In this document: positions 52,527-64,000 of the stretch, one piece after another | How the letters are laid out: each line of letters starts with the position of its first letter | Position numbering within the stretch: position 1 is the first letter of the stretch | Assembly: GCF_006345805.1 (NCBI RefSeq) | Contig: NC_043007.1 | Span: 37,696,001-37,760,000, forward strand | From: Octopus sinensis | Lineage: Eukaryota | Length of the DNA stretch: 64,000 nt | Direction: 5' to 3' | The notes under the pieces: generated by a model | What the model saw: only the letters and a program-made list of their open reading frames with translations | What the model was told of the DNA's origin: nothing | Databases searched by the model: none | Program-made: the position numbers and the translations under genes

Positions 52527-53958
52527 TCAGGTCATTAAGAATGAAATGTCCAATTTTGAACTGAAAGTTCATTTTACTTTATCTCAACAAAAAAGCAATG
52601 CAGTTAATCAAAGTATGCACCCAAATTATCAACACAATTTTGCCACTTTATCGGTAGCTTATTTATGCCGACAGCAAAGAATTCTGGAGAGCAAGAGGTG
52701 ATGAAATCACAAAAGGCTGTTTTTGCATCTTCTTCAGATTTGAAGTTTTTTCCTCGCAAAAAGTTGTCAAATGTCTAGAACATGCGATAGTCAGTTGGTG
52801 CAAGGTCTGGTGAATATGGTGGATGACAGAGTACTTCCAAGTTCAGTTCCTGTAACATGAGTAGTGTTCTTTGTGCAACATGTGGTCAAGCATTGTTTTG
52901 CAAGAGAATTGGCCTGTCTCTATTGACCTATCTCGGTTGTTTAATTGCAAGTTCACTCATCATTTCATCCAATTGGTTGATGTATACATCCGCTGTAATT
53001 GACTTACCAGGTCTCATGAAGCTGTAGTGGATGACACCAGCGCTGGACCACCAAACAGACACCATTAGCTTTTTTGGGTGAATATTCTCTTTTGGATTGC
53101 ATTTTGGCACTTCATCTATCCAACCACCATGCAGAAGGCTAGCTATTGTTGAAAAGAATCCATTTTTCATCACACAAAGATACAATGCAAAAATGGTTCA
53201 CTTTTATGCCGTGATGGTTTTGATTCCCAGACCGGGCGTTGTGTGTGTTTATTGAGCGAAAACACCTAAAAGCTCCACGAGGCTCCAGCAGTGGGTGGTG
53301 GCGACTCCTATTGTACTCTTTCACCACAACTTCCTCTCTCTTCCTGTTTCTTGAGTAACGCTGAGATGGACTGGCATCCCGTCCAGCAGGGGGGAACACA
53401 TACGCCACAGCAAGTTTCAAGACGACATGTCATTTGATGCTCGTTCAGTTCGTGTGGTACCCACTTGACCAGCTTCTTTACCTTACCAATTTGTTTTAGA
53501 TGATCCAATACAGTTGGAATCGAAACATCAAACCTTGCTAATAACTCATGCATAAATTGAGATGTATCCACTTCCACTACAGTTTCCAGCTCATCATTAT
53601 CCACCTTGGCCCCAGGTCTACCATGGGGTTGATTTTCATGAGTAAAGTCACCAGACCGCAACTTCTCAAACCATCAACATACAGTCTGCTCATTCACCAC
53701 CTCTTCACCAAATACCTCATTGATGCTTAGAGCTGTCCAGGATGCAACATAAATTTTTTATCTATCCATGGGTTCACAAAAATTGATTTACAAGAGAAAA
53801 CTTACAATATAATCAGACACCATGAACTGCATTTCAAAAAGTGATGGTATAACTCTTCAATGTTGTAAAACAAAGAATTGTCAGGATAAAACATTAGAGT
53901 TAACGATTATCAAACTTGGTTCATAAGAAAATCGGACATTTCATGCTTAATGACCTGA
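52527..53958 (-). mobile_element. Decayed mariner transposon with an internal SINE insertion
   Basis: TIR TCAGGTCATTAAG(A/C)ATGAAATGTCC; minus-strand WVPHEL, CDEKWI and HPPYSPDLAPTDY motifs; frameshifted; SINE at about 53207-53410. Confidence 0.92.
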
Positions 53959-54057
53959 TATTATTTTAGTTTCTTTGTCAGATTCTTCTATCACACATTC
54001 TGTAACCTCTTCAAGTAACTCTTTGCCCCACATTTCCTCATAAGCAGAATAAGAGGG

Positions 54058-54350
54058 TGGAGGTGCAATGGCCCAGTGGTTAGGGCAATGGACTCGCATT
54101 TGGAAGATTACGGTTTTGATTCCCAGACCAGGCGTTGTGTGTGTTTATTGAGCGAAAACACCTAAAAGCTCCACGAGGCTCCAGCAGTGGGTGGTGGCAA
54201 CCCCTATTGTACTCTTTCACCACAACTTCCTCTCTCTTCCTGTTTCTTGAGTAACGCTGAGATGGACTGGCATCCCATCCAGCAGGGGGGAACACATACG
54301 TTACAGAAACCGGGAAACTGGGCCCAGGAGCCTGGCTTGGCTTGAAAAGG
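54058..54350 (+). mobile_element. tRNA-derived SINE family A
   Basis: Head tggaggtgcaatggcccagtggttaggg; TSD agaataagagg on both sides. Confidence 0.8.
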
Positions 54351-55028
54351 GCGAAAAAGAAAGAGAATAAGAGGAGTAAGACTTGATACTGAGTTTGACT
54401 GCTTTCCTTCTGATGAACTTTTCAATGGAGATGATCTATTATCAGGAGAACAAGAGGAGACATGTCCGATAGGGAATTACTGAAGAGGTTACAGAACGTG
54501 TGACGAAAGAACTTTGACAAAGAAACTAAAATAATAGTAAAAAAGCTGAACTGAAGACCAAATATGTAGTGCATGTGTTTAATTGGCAAAATGTGATCAT
54601 CTCCCAGTATAACAATATCTGTTATAGAAATTTCAAGGATTATATTTGATCCAATTAATCCCATGGGATTACACCAAGAAAGTTCCCCTCTGAAGCACAA
54701 GTCCAAGCAAAGTTGTTTATAGAAGTCGCTCATGCATACCAGCCTCCCCTCTCCATACCACTGATGTTATCCAAGGGAAAGGCAAAGGCTGATACAGTTT
54801 GGCACCTGTGACGTTGCAACTTATTTCTACAGCTAAGCAAACTGGAGCAATGTGAAATAAAGTGTCTTGTTCAATAACACAACACACAGCCTGGTCTGAG
54901 AATCAAACTCACTACCTCATAATTTTGAGCCCAGAGCTCTAACCACTGAGCCATGTGACTTCACAATTAATCCCATTACCTGTAAACTTATACACACACA
55001 CAAAGTATAAAATAGAGAAATTTATTAC

Positions 55029-55190
55029 CTCCTCTGAGATATCGCCGGACGCGTAACTCAATTTGCCCCTGCTGATTCGCTCTATCAATGATCTGCTGTA
55101 CCTTCTGTTGCGTGTGCTGTTGAATGGCTTCTCTATTGATACTAACAATTAAATCCCTTGGTCGAAGCTCACATATATCTGCTGCACTTC
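55029..55190 (-). CDS. LMO7: LMO7-like exon, PDZ domain C-terminal half
   Basis: GSAADICELRPRDLIVSINREAIQQHTQQKVQQIIDRANQQGQIELRVRR; ttgtag acceptor, gtaata donor; phase 1-1. Confidence 0.93.
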
Positions 55191-55484
55191 CTACAATTAG
55201 ACATGGAAAAAAATTGTTAATCATTACAAATAATTAGTGCTAATATTTGACAACTGTATATACATGATGAATCACACATTGGTTTCAATGAGTATTCCAA
55301 TCAGTCAATCAACAGGACTACATATCACTAAGGCTTTTCCACTAACCTTGCACCCTTGACCCTTTAGCAATTAAACTGACCACATCCAGGTCTTATATCC
55401 AAAATAGCCTGGGACAACAAGTTTTAAATTGTGAGTCATGGCCTGGAAGATGGTGATGAATAGGAGAGGACTGAAAACTGAGTA

Positions 55485-55996
55485 CCATAAATCCTCGAGT
55501 ATAATCCGCATTTTCTTCCCCAAATTTAAAGGTCAAAATTCCTAGTGCATACTATATACGAAGTTAAAAATGAAAAATATTTTCTAAGCAATGTCCGAGT
55601 CTCCATTAGCTGTCCGGCAATGTTTATTCAGACACATTTTGTGATGTCAGGCGTGAAAATACCTTAAGCTAAGCCTGAAAGCAATGAAGTCATAAAAAGA
55701 ATCATCCATAACTTGCAGTAAGCAACATTTATTAAATGTTATTACTGTTATTTCTTTATTTTCTGCAAACAAAATGCACAAAAAAGCTACACGTTTGCAT
55801 TATGTTATATATACAATAATAATAAAGGACATTACCGTATACATTTTTACAAACAAAGGACGTTATATAGACCTCCTTGACTCAAGTTAGAGAAGGGGTG
55901 CATATTATACACTAGGTTCTAGTTTTTCAGAGGTACAGCCCCCTAAAATCCCCCGCGTATTATACTCAAGGACAGACTATACTCGAGGATTTACAG
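55485..55996. mobile_element. pogo/Tc2-type MITE, copy 2
   Basis: TA-flanked, same TIRs as 43844-44355. Confidence 0.85.
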
Positions 55997-57053
55997 TACT
56001 GATGGGTCCCAACCTGAATGCTAAATTTGTTAATGAGCTTATGGTTCACAAGCCATATCTATCCCTGGTTCTTAGTTTGTATTTGTTTTGGGGTTTTTCA
56101 TTTAACAAATTTCTTCATATTGTTTCTTTCTTCAATTTTCAAGCATCATGGTGGGATACATCATGTGGCAAGTTAAAATCCAGTGATATTATAAATGATT
56201 TAATTAGAGAAAGAGAACTTGAATTTGAGAAGATAAAGAGATATATCAATGTCATTTGTTCACATCTAAGTTATTCTGAATGGAATTTATACCTGAATTT
56301 GAGTAGATACGACAAAGTTGATTCTGAACAGGAATAGAGTGATCAAATTGTTAACCATTGCATCAATGCTTTCATTAGTAATGTAGGCCCTACAAACCCC
56401 TTGAACTTAGAAACAAAGCTCATTGAGTATTTTTTTCAACTCTTTCCTGAAGGAAGTGTTTGTCAGGACGAGTGACAGAACCATGTCAACAGAGCAACAC
56501 CATCTTTGTTACATCAATGGAGGAGATAAAAGCATCCCCCAGAATGCTTTGCCCATGAGAGCTGTGGATCTTCCAAGTTACAGAGACTACTGGAACACAA
56601 ATTCAGCACTGAGACAGAAAATCAATGTCCAATCTTCAATATGAATGAACATGCTATTTGTAATCAACTTACCTGTGTTCAACCTATTCGGGCAAGTGAC
56701 TGTGATTGTGACATGACAACAGATAAAAACCACATTTACTAAGTAAACTAATTACCATTATAACCTACCTCCAAGTTTTATCCAAGTTCATGCAATAGTT
56801 ATATTTTTATGATTTTTATACTGCACAATGGCATTTCATAAAAATCTCTAATTTCTAAAAGGATTTATTACAGAAAAAGTACACTAGGAGGTAAAGAATT
56901 AAAAGAATACACTGGATAATGTAGTCAGGAGTTTACAATATCTGAAAAAAGATGGGATGGTTATGATTGGAATGCTTTTGATTATAGGTCCACTTAATAG
57001 GGGACTGACTTGGAGTTAAACAACAGTAATGACCAAAAGGGTCAACAACTTAC

Positions 57054-57174
57054 CCAACTCAATCCGATGTACAACAATGGGAGAGTTTTGATCCACACCA
57101 CCCCGAATTAAAAATCCAAATCCTTTCTCGCTCCTTAACGATTGGCTGATCTTAATTGTCCGCTCAACAAAATC
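57054..57174 (-). CDS. LMO7: LMO7-like exon, PDZ domain N-terminal half
   Basis: DFVERTIKISQSLRSEKGFGFLIRGGVDQNSPIVVHRIEL (GFGF loop); tttcag acceptor, gtaagt donor; phase 0-1. Confidence 0.93.
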
Positions 57175-57715
57175 CTGAAAATATTTTCAACAAAAACAAA
57201 AAAAAACACTTAGGTCTACAACAAAAAACAGTAGATACATGACACCACAAGTAAAGCAGCAATTATGTGACAACAATAATGAAGAAAAGGTGGTGTCAAA
57301 ATAGACTAATGGTTAAGGTGTTGACAGCTGTCACAGAAGAGTTGTGAGTTCATATCCCTCATTGTCAAAGATTATGCTGTAGGTATGATGTTTCATGGTT
57401 CCCTCTTCTAAATCAAGTCACCAAACCCTTATCAGTTTGTACAGCTAGTAATACTAAAATAGGTTAATGATGGTTACAGAGGTACTGGTGATATTGTAAT
57501 AGGCACAATGTTGGTGTTTTCGTGATGGCGAATGCAGCTGTGGTCTTATAAATGGTGATTGTACTGATGATAATGGAGGCAGAAATGGAGATGTTAAAAT
57601 GACAGTAGAAGTGGTGGCAGTGGTGGTGGTGGTGGTAGCATTGAAATGACAGGAGAAGTAATAATAGTAGTGGTGGCAGTTCTCTAGAAGTGGTGTCGAA
57701 ATGGTAGCAGTAGTC

Positions 57716-58108
57716 TCTATATATATAAAGCTGAAGTTGTCTGTGTGTGTGTGGCAGGTTTGGTAGCCTTCAACTAACACTATCTCCTCCGAGACTCTGT
57801 GGCGCAAGCTGACCGAAATTGAGAGTATGATAGAAGAAGGCTTGCTCTTCCTTTCGTAGAAGAAAAATTCAAATCGGACCATGCTAACACCAAAAATTCT
57901 TTACATCAAAAAGGTGCTTTTTTTCTATGAAAATCCCTATTTTTTACGATTTTTTGACTGCTGTGTCGCTATTTTTCGGTGTATTTCAATCAGAAAAATG
58001 TTCACTTAAAGAGAATAACAAGCTACATAATGCAAAATTTTTACTTTTCAAAAATTCCAATTCTAAAGGGTCAAAACAAACCTGAGCAACGCCGGGCGAT
58101 ACTGCTAG
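57716..58108 (+). mobile_element. Non-autonomous Helitron-like repeat
   Basis: TC start, hairpin plus CTAG|T end; homologous to 48937-49333. Confidence 0.7.
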
Positions 58109-59263
58109 TAATATGATAAAGATGACAATGATGTAGTGGTAGTTGCAGTTGTGGTGTTGAAATATCAACAGTAGTGGTGCTGGTGCTGGTGCTACATTGG
58201 TGTGGTGGAAATGAGGGCTACATGTAATGCTCCAGTGGATGTATTAATACAATTACTAAAAAACTACTTCGACTACTACAGCAAAATTATTAATATCATA
58301 GGATAGGTCATATATAGCTAGACTGCCTTTGATCATAGGCCTGCTCAGTCAGGGTTTCAATTGGGTTAAAGTACAAGTGATGTACTATGTCACTTGTACT
58401 TATTTTAATAGCACCAACATTGGAGGAGTCATTAAGGAATAGATATACAAGGATTGACTTTAGTTCTAGGAAGAAAGGAAAACACAAAGCATAGTCTCAG
58501 GATAGAGAGAGCAGAGTATGACAGCTATTACTAGTAGCACTATGTCACCATGTTAAAGAGGATTCAGAGATGACTCTTATGTGTGATGGTTACATAGAGA
58601 GGTTCCATGAGCAGATCATCTCAGCAAATGACTGAGTGAGGTCATGTTTTGTACATTTACCTTACTGTAGGACCAAACTCCCTAAATTCATAATCAACTG
58701 TAACTCAAAGGACATCTGCCTTCGAAAGGCCAGCTAGGCCTCATATACTGAAGTAAACATTGAATACGATGAGTAAATTGATCAAGAAGAAAAATCTCAG
58801 GACAGAAAAAGAGGAATAACAGAAAACTCGAACAAATAAAACATATGAAGGCTAAAGCAGTTGATGGCTATGATAGAATGGGGACTAAGCAGGTTGAAGT
58901 CTGTCTGAGAAGGTTAAGAGACAGTTGAAGGCTCTGCTATGACAGTTGAAGATTAAGCCTGAAAAAAAACGTAAAAGAGTTAAAGGCTCTGACAAAGAAG
59001 GCTAAGAGAGATCAATGCTCTGAAAGAAGAAAGCAAAGATAAAAAAAACAACAGAAGAAAAGAAAGGAAAAGAAGACACAGATTGAAGAAGAGGAAGAGG
59101 GGGAAATAGGGGAAGAAAAGGATTACTAATTTTATCGAGCTTAGTTTTATTCCAGATAAGTGTCAGACAGAAATTGTGGTAATGTTTCACAGGTAGACAG
59201 GACACTTTTAGACAAAGCCTCAAAGTCTTGAAACAAAACGAAAAGGAAAAAGAAAAAACCCAC

Positions 59264-59296
59264 TCCATTATCTTCAACATCCTCTTTTGATTCCAT
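59264..59296 (-). CDS. LMO7: Candidate (alternative) first coding exon of the LMO7-like gene (MESKEDVEDNG)
   Basis: ATG at 59296, GGA|gtgggt donor in phase 0 matching the PDZ exon, in-frame upstream TGA, T-rich sequence after the donor. Confidence 0.55.
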
Positions 59297-61630
59297 TGGG
59301 GGTAATCCACAATGTAAGAGAAGTCGTGTACTCAATACTGGACGATCTGCTCTTGTTATTGATTCCTGTCTGTTGCAACGTCAGCAGCTTTGTTAACTCC
59401 GTTTCATCCAGCTAGATCCTTATTAAACTCCTGATCCTTAGATTAATTACCTACTGTCATTAAAACATCTCAAGATTTCAAAAGTGATAATCAGAACGGC
59501 ACGTAGTTACAGCCACAGCATCTACAACTAAATGTCCTATTTAAAGCATAACAACAAACACCACAAAGTCAATTGTAATCGAACAGAAATTTAGTACAAC
59601 CACCACCACTACCACCACAACCAACATCATTGTCGCAACCACACTGATCACCAAGACAACTATGATGATAGCCACTACTACCACTACAATTATCATTACC
59701 ACTGTCATACCACCATAACAACAATCAACAACCTGAATAACTTACTCCACCACCACCTTACTACACCATAGCTGGATTACACAAGATAAAAAAAAATCAC
59801 CTATAATGCTGTACTGATCAACACTTATACTATGCCAGAACACCAATCAACCAATTTGACCCCATCTCCCACCTCCACATATGTATGTGTTCATGCAGAC
59901 ACATACTCACACAGCCTGTGGTGGCACAGCTGTTTCCAGCCCTAATTTGAATGGTGATCTGTTACACAATAGAAAACAATATTTGACTGGAAAACAAACA
60001 AGAAAAAAAAAAGGAAGATCAAGAGGGAATACGACTGCATGAAAGTTTTGTTCAAAATTTACATGCTAACAATAACTCTGGGGAAGAGTTTAATCAATAA
60101 AATCAACTTCCAGACATGACTGGTATTTTATTTTCATTGACCATGAAAGGATGAAAAGCAAAGTTGGCTTCAGTGGGATTTGAACTCAGAACAGAGCCAG
60201 AACACTTGTCGCCAAGCATTTGGTACAACATACAATAATTAATAATAAAGGTTACTTGATGACCCTGCCAGTGCTGATGCCACATAACAAGCATCCAGTC
60301 CACACTGTGAAGTAGTTGGCATTTAGAAGGGCATCCAGCTATAAAGATCATGTCAAAACTGACCTCATTTTGCTGGTGCCGCGTAAAAAGCACTCAGTCC
60401 CTTCTACAGGGAGGTTGGTGTTAGGAAGGGTATCCAGCCATAAAAACCATGCCAAAACAGACACAGTAGTCTGGTCTAGTCTTCTATCTGGCCAGTTCCT
60501 GTCAGACCATCCAGCCCATTCCATCATGGAGGACAGATGTTAAATGATGATGATGATTCAATGAGATTCCTTTTGACAGGCCCATAGTTTTAGCAGTTTC
60601 CTGTTTCCTTAATTCCTTCCATCAATACAAGAATGAGATGGTTGATATAAGATCATTCCTTCCCTAGTGTGTTTATCATGATTCGCATTTGACCAATGAG
60701 ACAGGACACCAGCACCAAACAGATTGCCAACCAAAGCATGCAAAGCTCTGTCACTTTCTGTAAGGCTTACCACACATCAGGACACTGACCCATGTATTTC
60801 TGTGTCTCTCCATAATTAAGGGTTTCAATTTTTGTCACAAAGCCAGCAATTTTAGGGGAGTGGTGTTAGTTGAATATATCAAACCCACCACCACCTGACT
60901 ATTATCTTATCGATCCCAAAAGGATCAAAAGCACACTGACTTCAGCAACATTTGAACACAGAACATAAAGAGCCGGAAGAACAACCAGGAAGCATTGGAA
61001 AAATGCTCTAAAGATTTTGCTCGCTTACTGCCTTAATAAGAATAACAATAAATAATAATGGTTTCAAATTTTGGCACAAAACCAGCAATTTCGGGGAGGA
61101 GTAAGTCAATTACATCAACCCCAGTGTTCAACTGGTACTTATTTTAGCAACCCCAAAAGGATGAAAGACAAAGTTGATCTGAGTGGAACTTGAGCTCAGA
61201 ACACAAAATGCCACTAAGCATTTTACCCAATAAGCTAACAATCCTACCTACTCAATACTTTAATCATCATCATCATTTAACGTCCGTTTTCCATGCTGGC
61301 ATGCGTTGGACGGTTTGACTGAGGTCTGAAAAGCCAGTGGCTGCACCAGGCTGCAATCTGATCTGGCAATGTTTCTCCAGCTGGATGCCCTTCCTAGTGC
61401 CAACCACTTCGAGAGTGTAGTGGGTGCTTTTTACGTGCCACCAGCACAGGAGCCAGTCAGGCAGCCCTGGCATTGATCACATTCGGATAGTGCTTTTTAT
61501 GTGCCACTGGTACAGGAGCCAGTCAAGAGGCACTGGCATCAACCACTTTTGGCATGGGAGCCAGTCAGGGGGCACTGACCACAGCTACGAATTTGGTTTT
61601 ACTTGACTCAACAGGTCTTCTCAAGCATAG

Positions 61631-61668
<38 letters not shown>

Positions 61669-62540
61669 TTCTTTATTGATCACAAAAGGTTTACATAATA
61701 ATAATCCTTTCTGCTATAGGTACAAGGTCTGAAATTTTGGGGGAGAGGACTATCAACCCCAGTGTTTCATTGGTACTTAATTTATCAACCCCAAAAGGAT
61801 AAGTTGACCTCAGTGGAATTTGAACTCACAGCACATATATACACATATATATATATCTCCCAAATTTTATTTAATTTGCTTTGCAGGAAGGACTGTTTCA
61901 ACAAAGTCACGTATTGTCCTTTCCGTTGAAACACGGAGTAGATGAAACAGGGACAACTGAAGAAGGGGAATATTCCTTGTGTTGTATGTCTTGTTTCTCT
62001 GTTTTTTTGTTGTTTGAAAAAAAAGTTCGTTTCTATGTTTTTGTTTCTCATTGTGTTCAACATTTTTTTGATGTCCTGTACCCATATATGCATGTATATA
62101 TACATATATATGTAAGTATGTACATATATGTATGTATATATGTATATATTTATATATTATTTATATTATATAGATATATATATGTAAACAACAAACAGAT
62201 GTATTAATTTAATGCTGAGGAAGAGAGAAAGTGTTTTATGTTTCAAGCCTATGCTCTTCAACAGAAAGGAACACAGAAATAAACAGAGAAAGAGAATAAA
62301 AAAAGGTTCAGTGGCTAGCAATCAATCATGGCGATACATATACAAGATAACTAGCTGAATACCTATCTGTTATGCTCTATATAAGGAAATACTTTCCTGT
62401 CATCATGGTAATTGGATAGTGGTATATTGTAGTTTTACATTTTTTAAATATTTTAAGATTTTCTCAATCTCTGTATTATATTTCAAAGGCGTAGTTGTCT
62501 AGCAAGTGACTTGATCAGAAGCTGTGTGTTGAAACTGAAG

Positions 62541-62825
62541 CAATTGCATCATAAAAAGGAAGCAAACTAGTCATTTAATAAACACTCAAAAGCTATTAAA
62601 TTCACTTTAAATTCCTTTCATGCACTGCAAAAATTTCCATTGCACATCTGTGACCTGGTCACTGAAACAGTTCCACTGCAAGGTGTTGTGCTGCTACTAT
62701 GCTAGTGACCAGCTTGTAGTTGTGTGATGAAAATTTCAACAGTTCATGAAATAAATTTAAAGTGAATTTAATAGCTTTGTGTGTTTATTAAATGACTAGA
62801 TTTGCTACATTTCATAATATAGTTG
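62541..62825. repeat. Imperfect fold-back (about 120-bp arms, 40-nt loop)
   Basis: ctagtcatttaataaacac...gctattaaattcactttaaatt is complementary to aatttaaagtgaatttaatagc...gtgtttattaaatgactag. Confidence 0.8.
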
Positions 62826-63061
62826 TATCATCAAATTATAATCTCCTGATATATGAGTTCACTTTAGTTTAATAAACTCCAACATACATGTAAAATATCA
62901 TTGATGTTAGTTTCACTTAAACTTTTTAAAGTCAGTTTTTGTTTTTAACATGTTTATCACTCTGCTGTTCTAAATTTAATTTCGATACACCCATATACAT
63001 ATATTGCTCCAGCATGACCACAGCCTTATGGGCGGAATATGTAAAAGAACAAAGAATATAT

Positions 63062-63945
63062 ATGAGTTTTGATCCATAAGTATCCGGACTGTTACCATAG
63101 AAATGAAGCTAAAGCACAGAGAGTGAAGCCACTTGGCACAGATTAACCTTCAGCACTGCTGTGCATGCACACAAAGTTTTAGCATTCTAGCTCATCTCCG
63201 CTGTTTACAGCAGTGCTTAGAAGGAAGGTGTGTAGCATGTGAGCGTCACACTGACCATGACGGAGAAAGTTGTCATGGCAATACCTACTCAGTGGCCTAT
63301 GCAAAGTTGCAGAAAGTGTATGGAGAGGAGTGTATGGGCTGCACATAAGTGTGCAAATGGTTCAGACATTTCCAAGATGGCTGTAAAAATGACAATATTG
63401 ACACACATTCTGGGAGACCAACCAGCAGAACTGAGAAAAACATCGCAGATGTGCATGCAGCTGTGAGTGGGAAATCGTTGAATCACCATCCATAAGTGAT
63501 CAGAGGATGTGCAGATTAGTTATGGTTCAGTTCAATTCATTATCACTGAAGATTTGGGTATGAGACATGTGTCCGCCAAGTTTGTGCCAAAACTGCTTTT
63601 GGCAGACACCAAAAGTAGACTTGGGTTTCACTTGTACAAGATCTTCTTGATGGTGTTGCGAATGATGAAAACTTTTTGTAGGCCTCTGAGCAGGTATTTC
63701 CAAGCTTTTGGGCAAAATTTGAATCAGATTCTCTGCTCAACTTTCTCTGTCATGTTCAATGCGATGATCACACACTACATACCTTCCTTCCAAGCATTGC
63801 TGTAAACAGCAGAAGTGAGCTAGAACATTAAAACTTAATGCACATGCACAACAAAGTTCAAGGTCAATCTGTGCCAAGCAGCTTCACTCTCCATGTTTTA
63901 GCTTTATTACTATAGCAACAGTCCGGATACTTATTGATCATGGTG
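63062..63945 (+). mobile_element. Internally deleted mariner-like element with long (about 160-bp) TIRs
   Basis: tgatccataagtatccggactgtt... / ...aacagtccggatacttattgatca; remnant IITEDLGMRHVSAKFVPKLL. Confidence 0.85.
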
Positions 63946-64000
63946 TTGAATTATATACACAAATGTATGAAAATGAGGAGACGAAAGGAACAAATAGGGA

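Noticed and set aside
52928-53661. Functional transposase or SETMAR-like gene
   Set aside because: Frameshifts, stops and a SINE insertion within TIR-bounded mariner sequence

Overview
AT-rich, repeat-dense eukaryotic DNA; the SINE families, (TA/CA)n microsatellites and gene structure look like an octopus (coleoid cephalopod) genome, which is an inference. I reconstructed two minus-strand genes by hand. (1) An LMO7/Smallish-like PDZ + coiled-coil + LIM gene with 13 phase-consistent GT-AG coding exons from 59296 down to 14787 (about 1088 aa), ending in a class I PDZ-binding motif (GLKFSKV*), with candidate alternative C-termini. (2) Exon 1 of NUDT14 (1861-1781), which is absent from the ORF track; the rest of that gene lies outside the window. 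The introns hold tRNA-derived SINEs, RTE LINE fragments, two decayed mariner elements, Tc1/pogo, piggyBac, hAT and Mutator-type MITEs, and non-autonomous Helitron-like repeats. The most notable unannotated signal is a recurring set of fold-back (inverted-repeat) elements, mostly next to microsatellites, carrying hammerhead-ribozyme motifs. These include an apparently intact minimal type I hammerhead at 23370-23408 and a perfect palindrome with 182-bp arms at 38694-39060, consistent with Penelope-like or retrozyme-like retroelements. Most ORFs in the supplied track are microsatellite or repeat artefacts.
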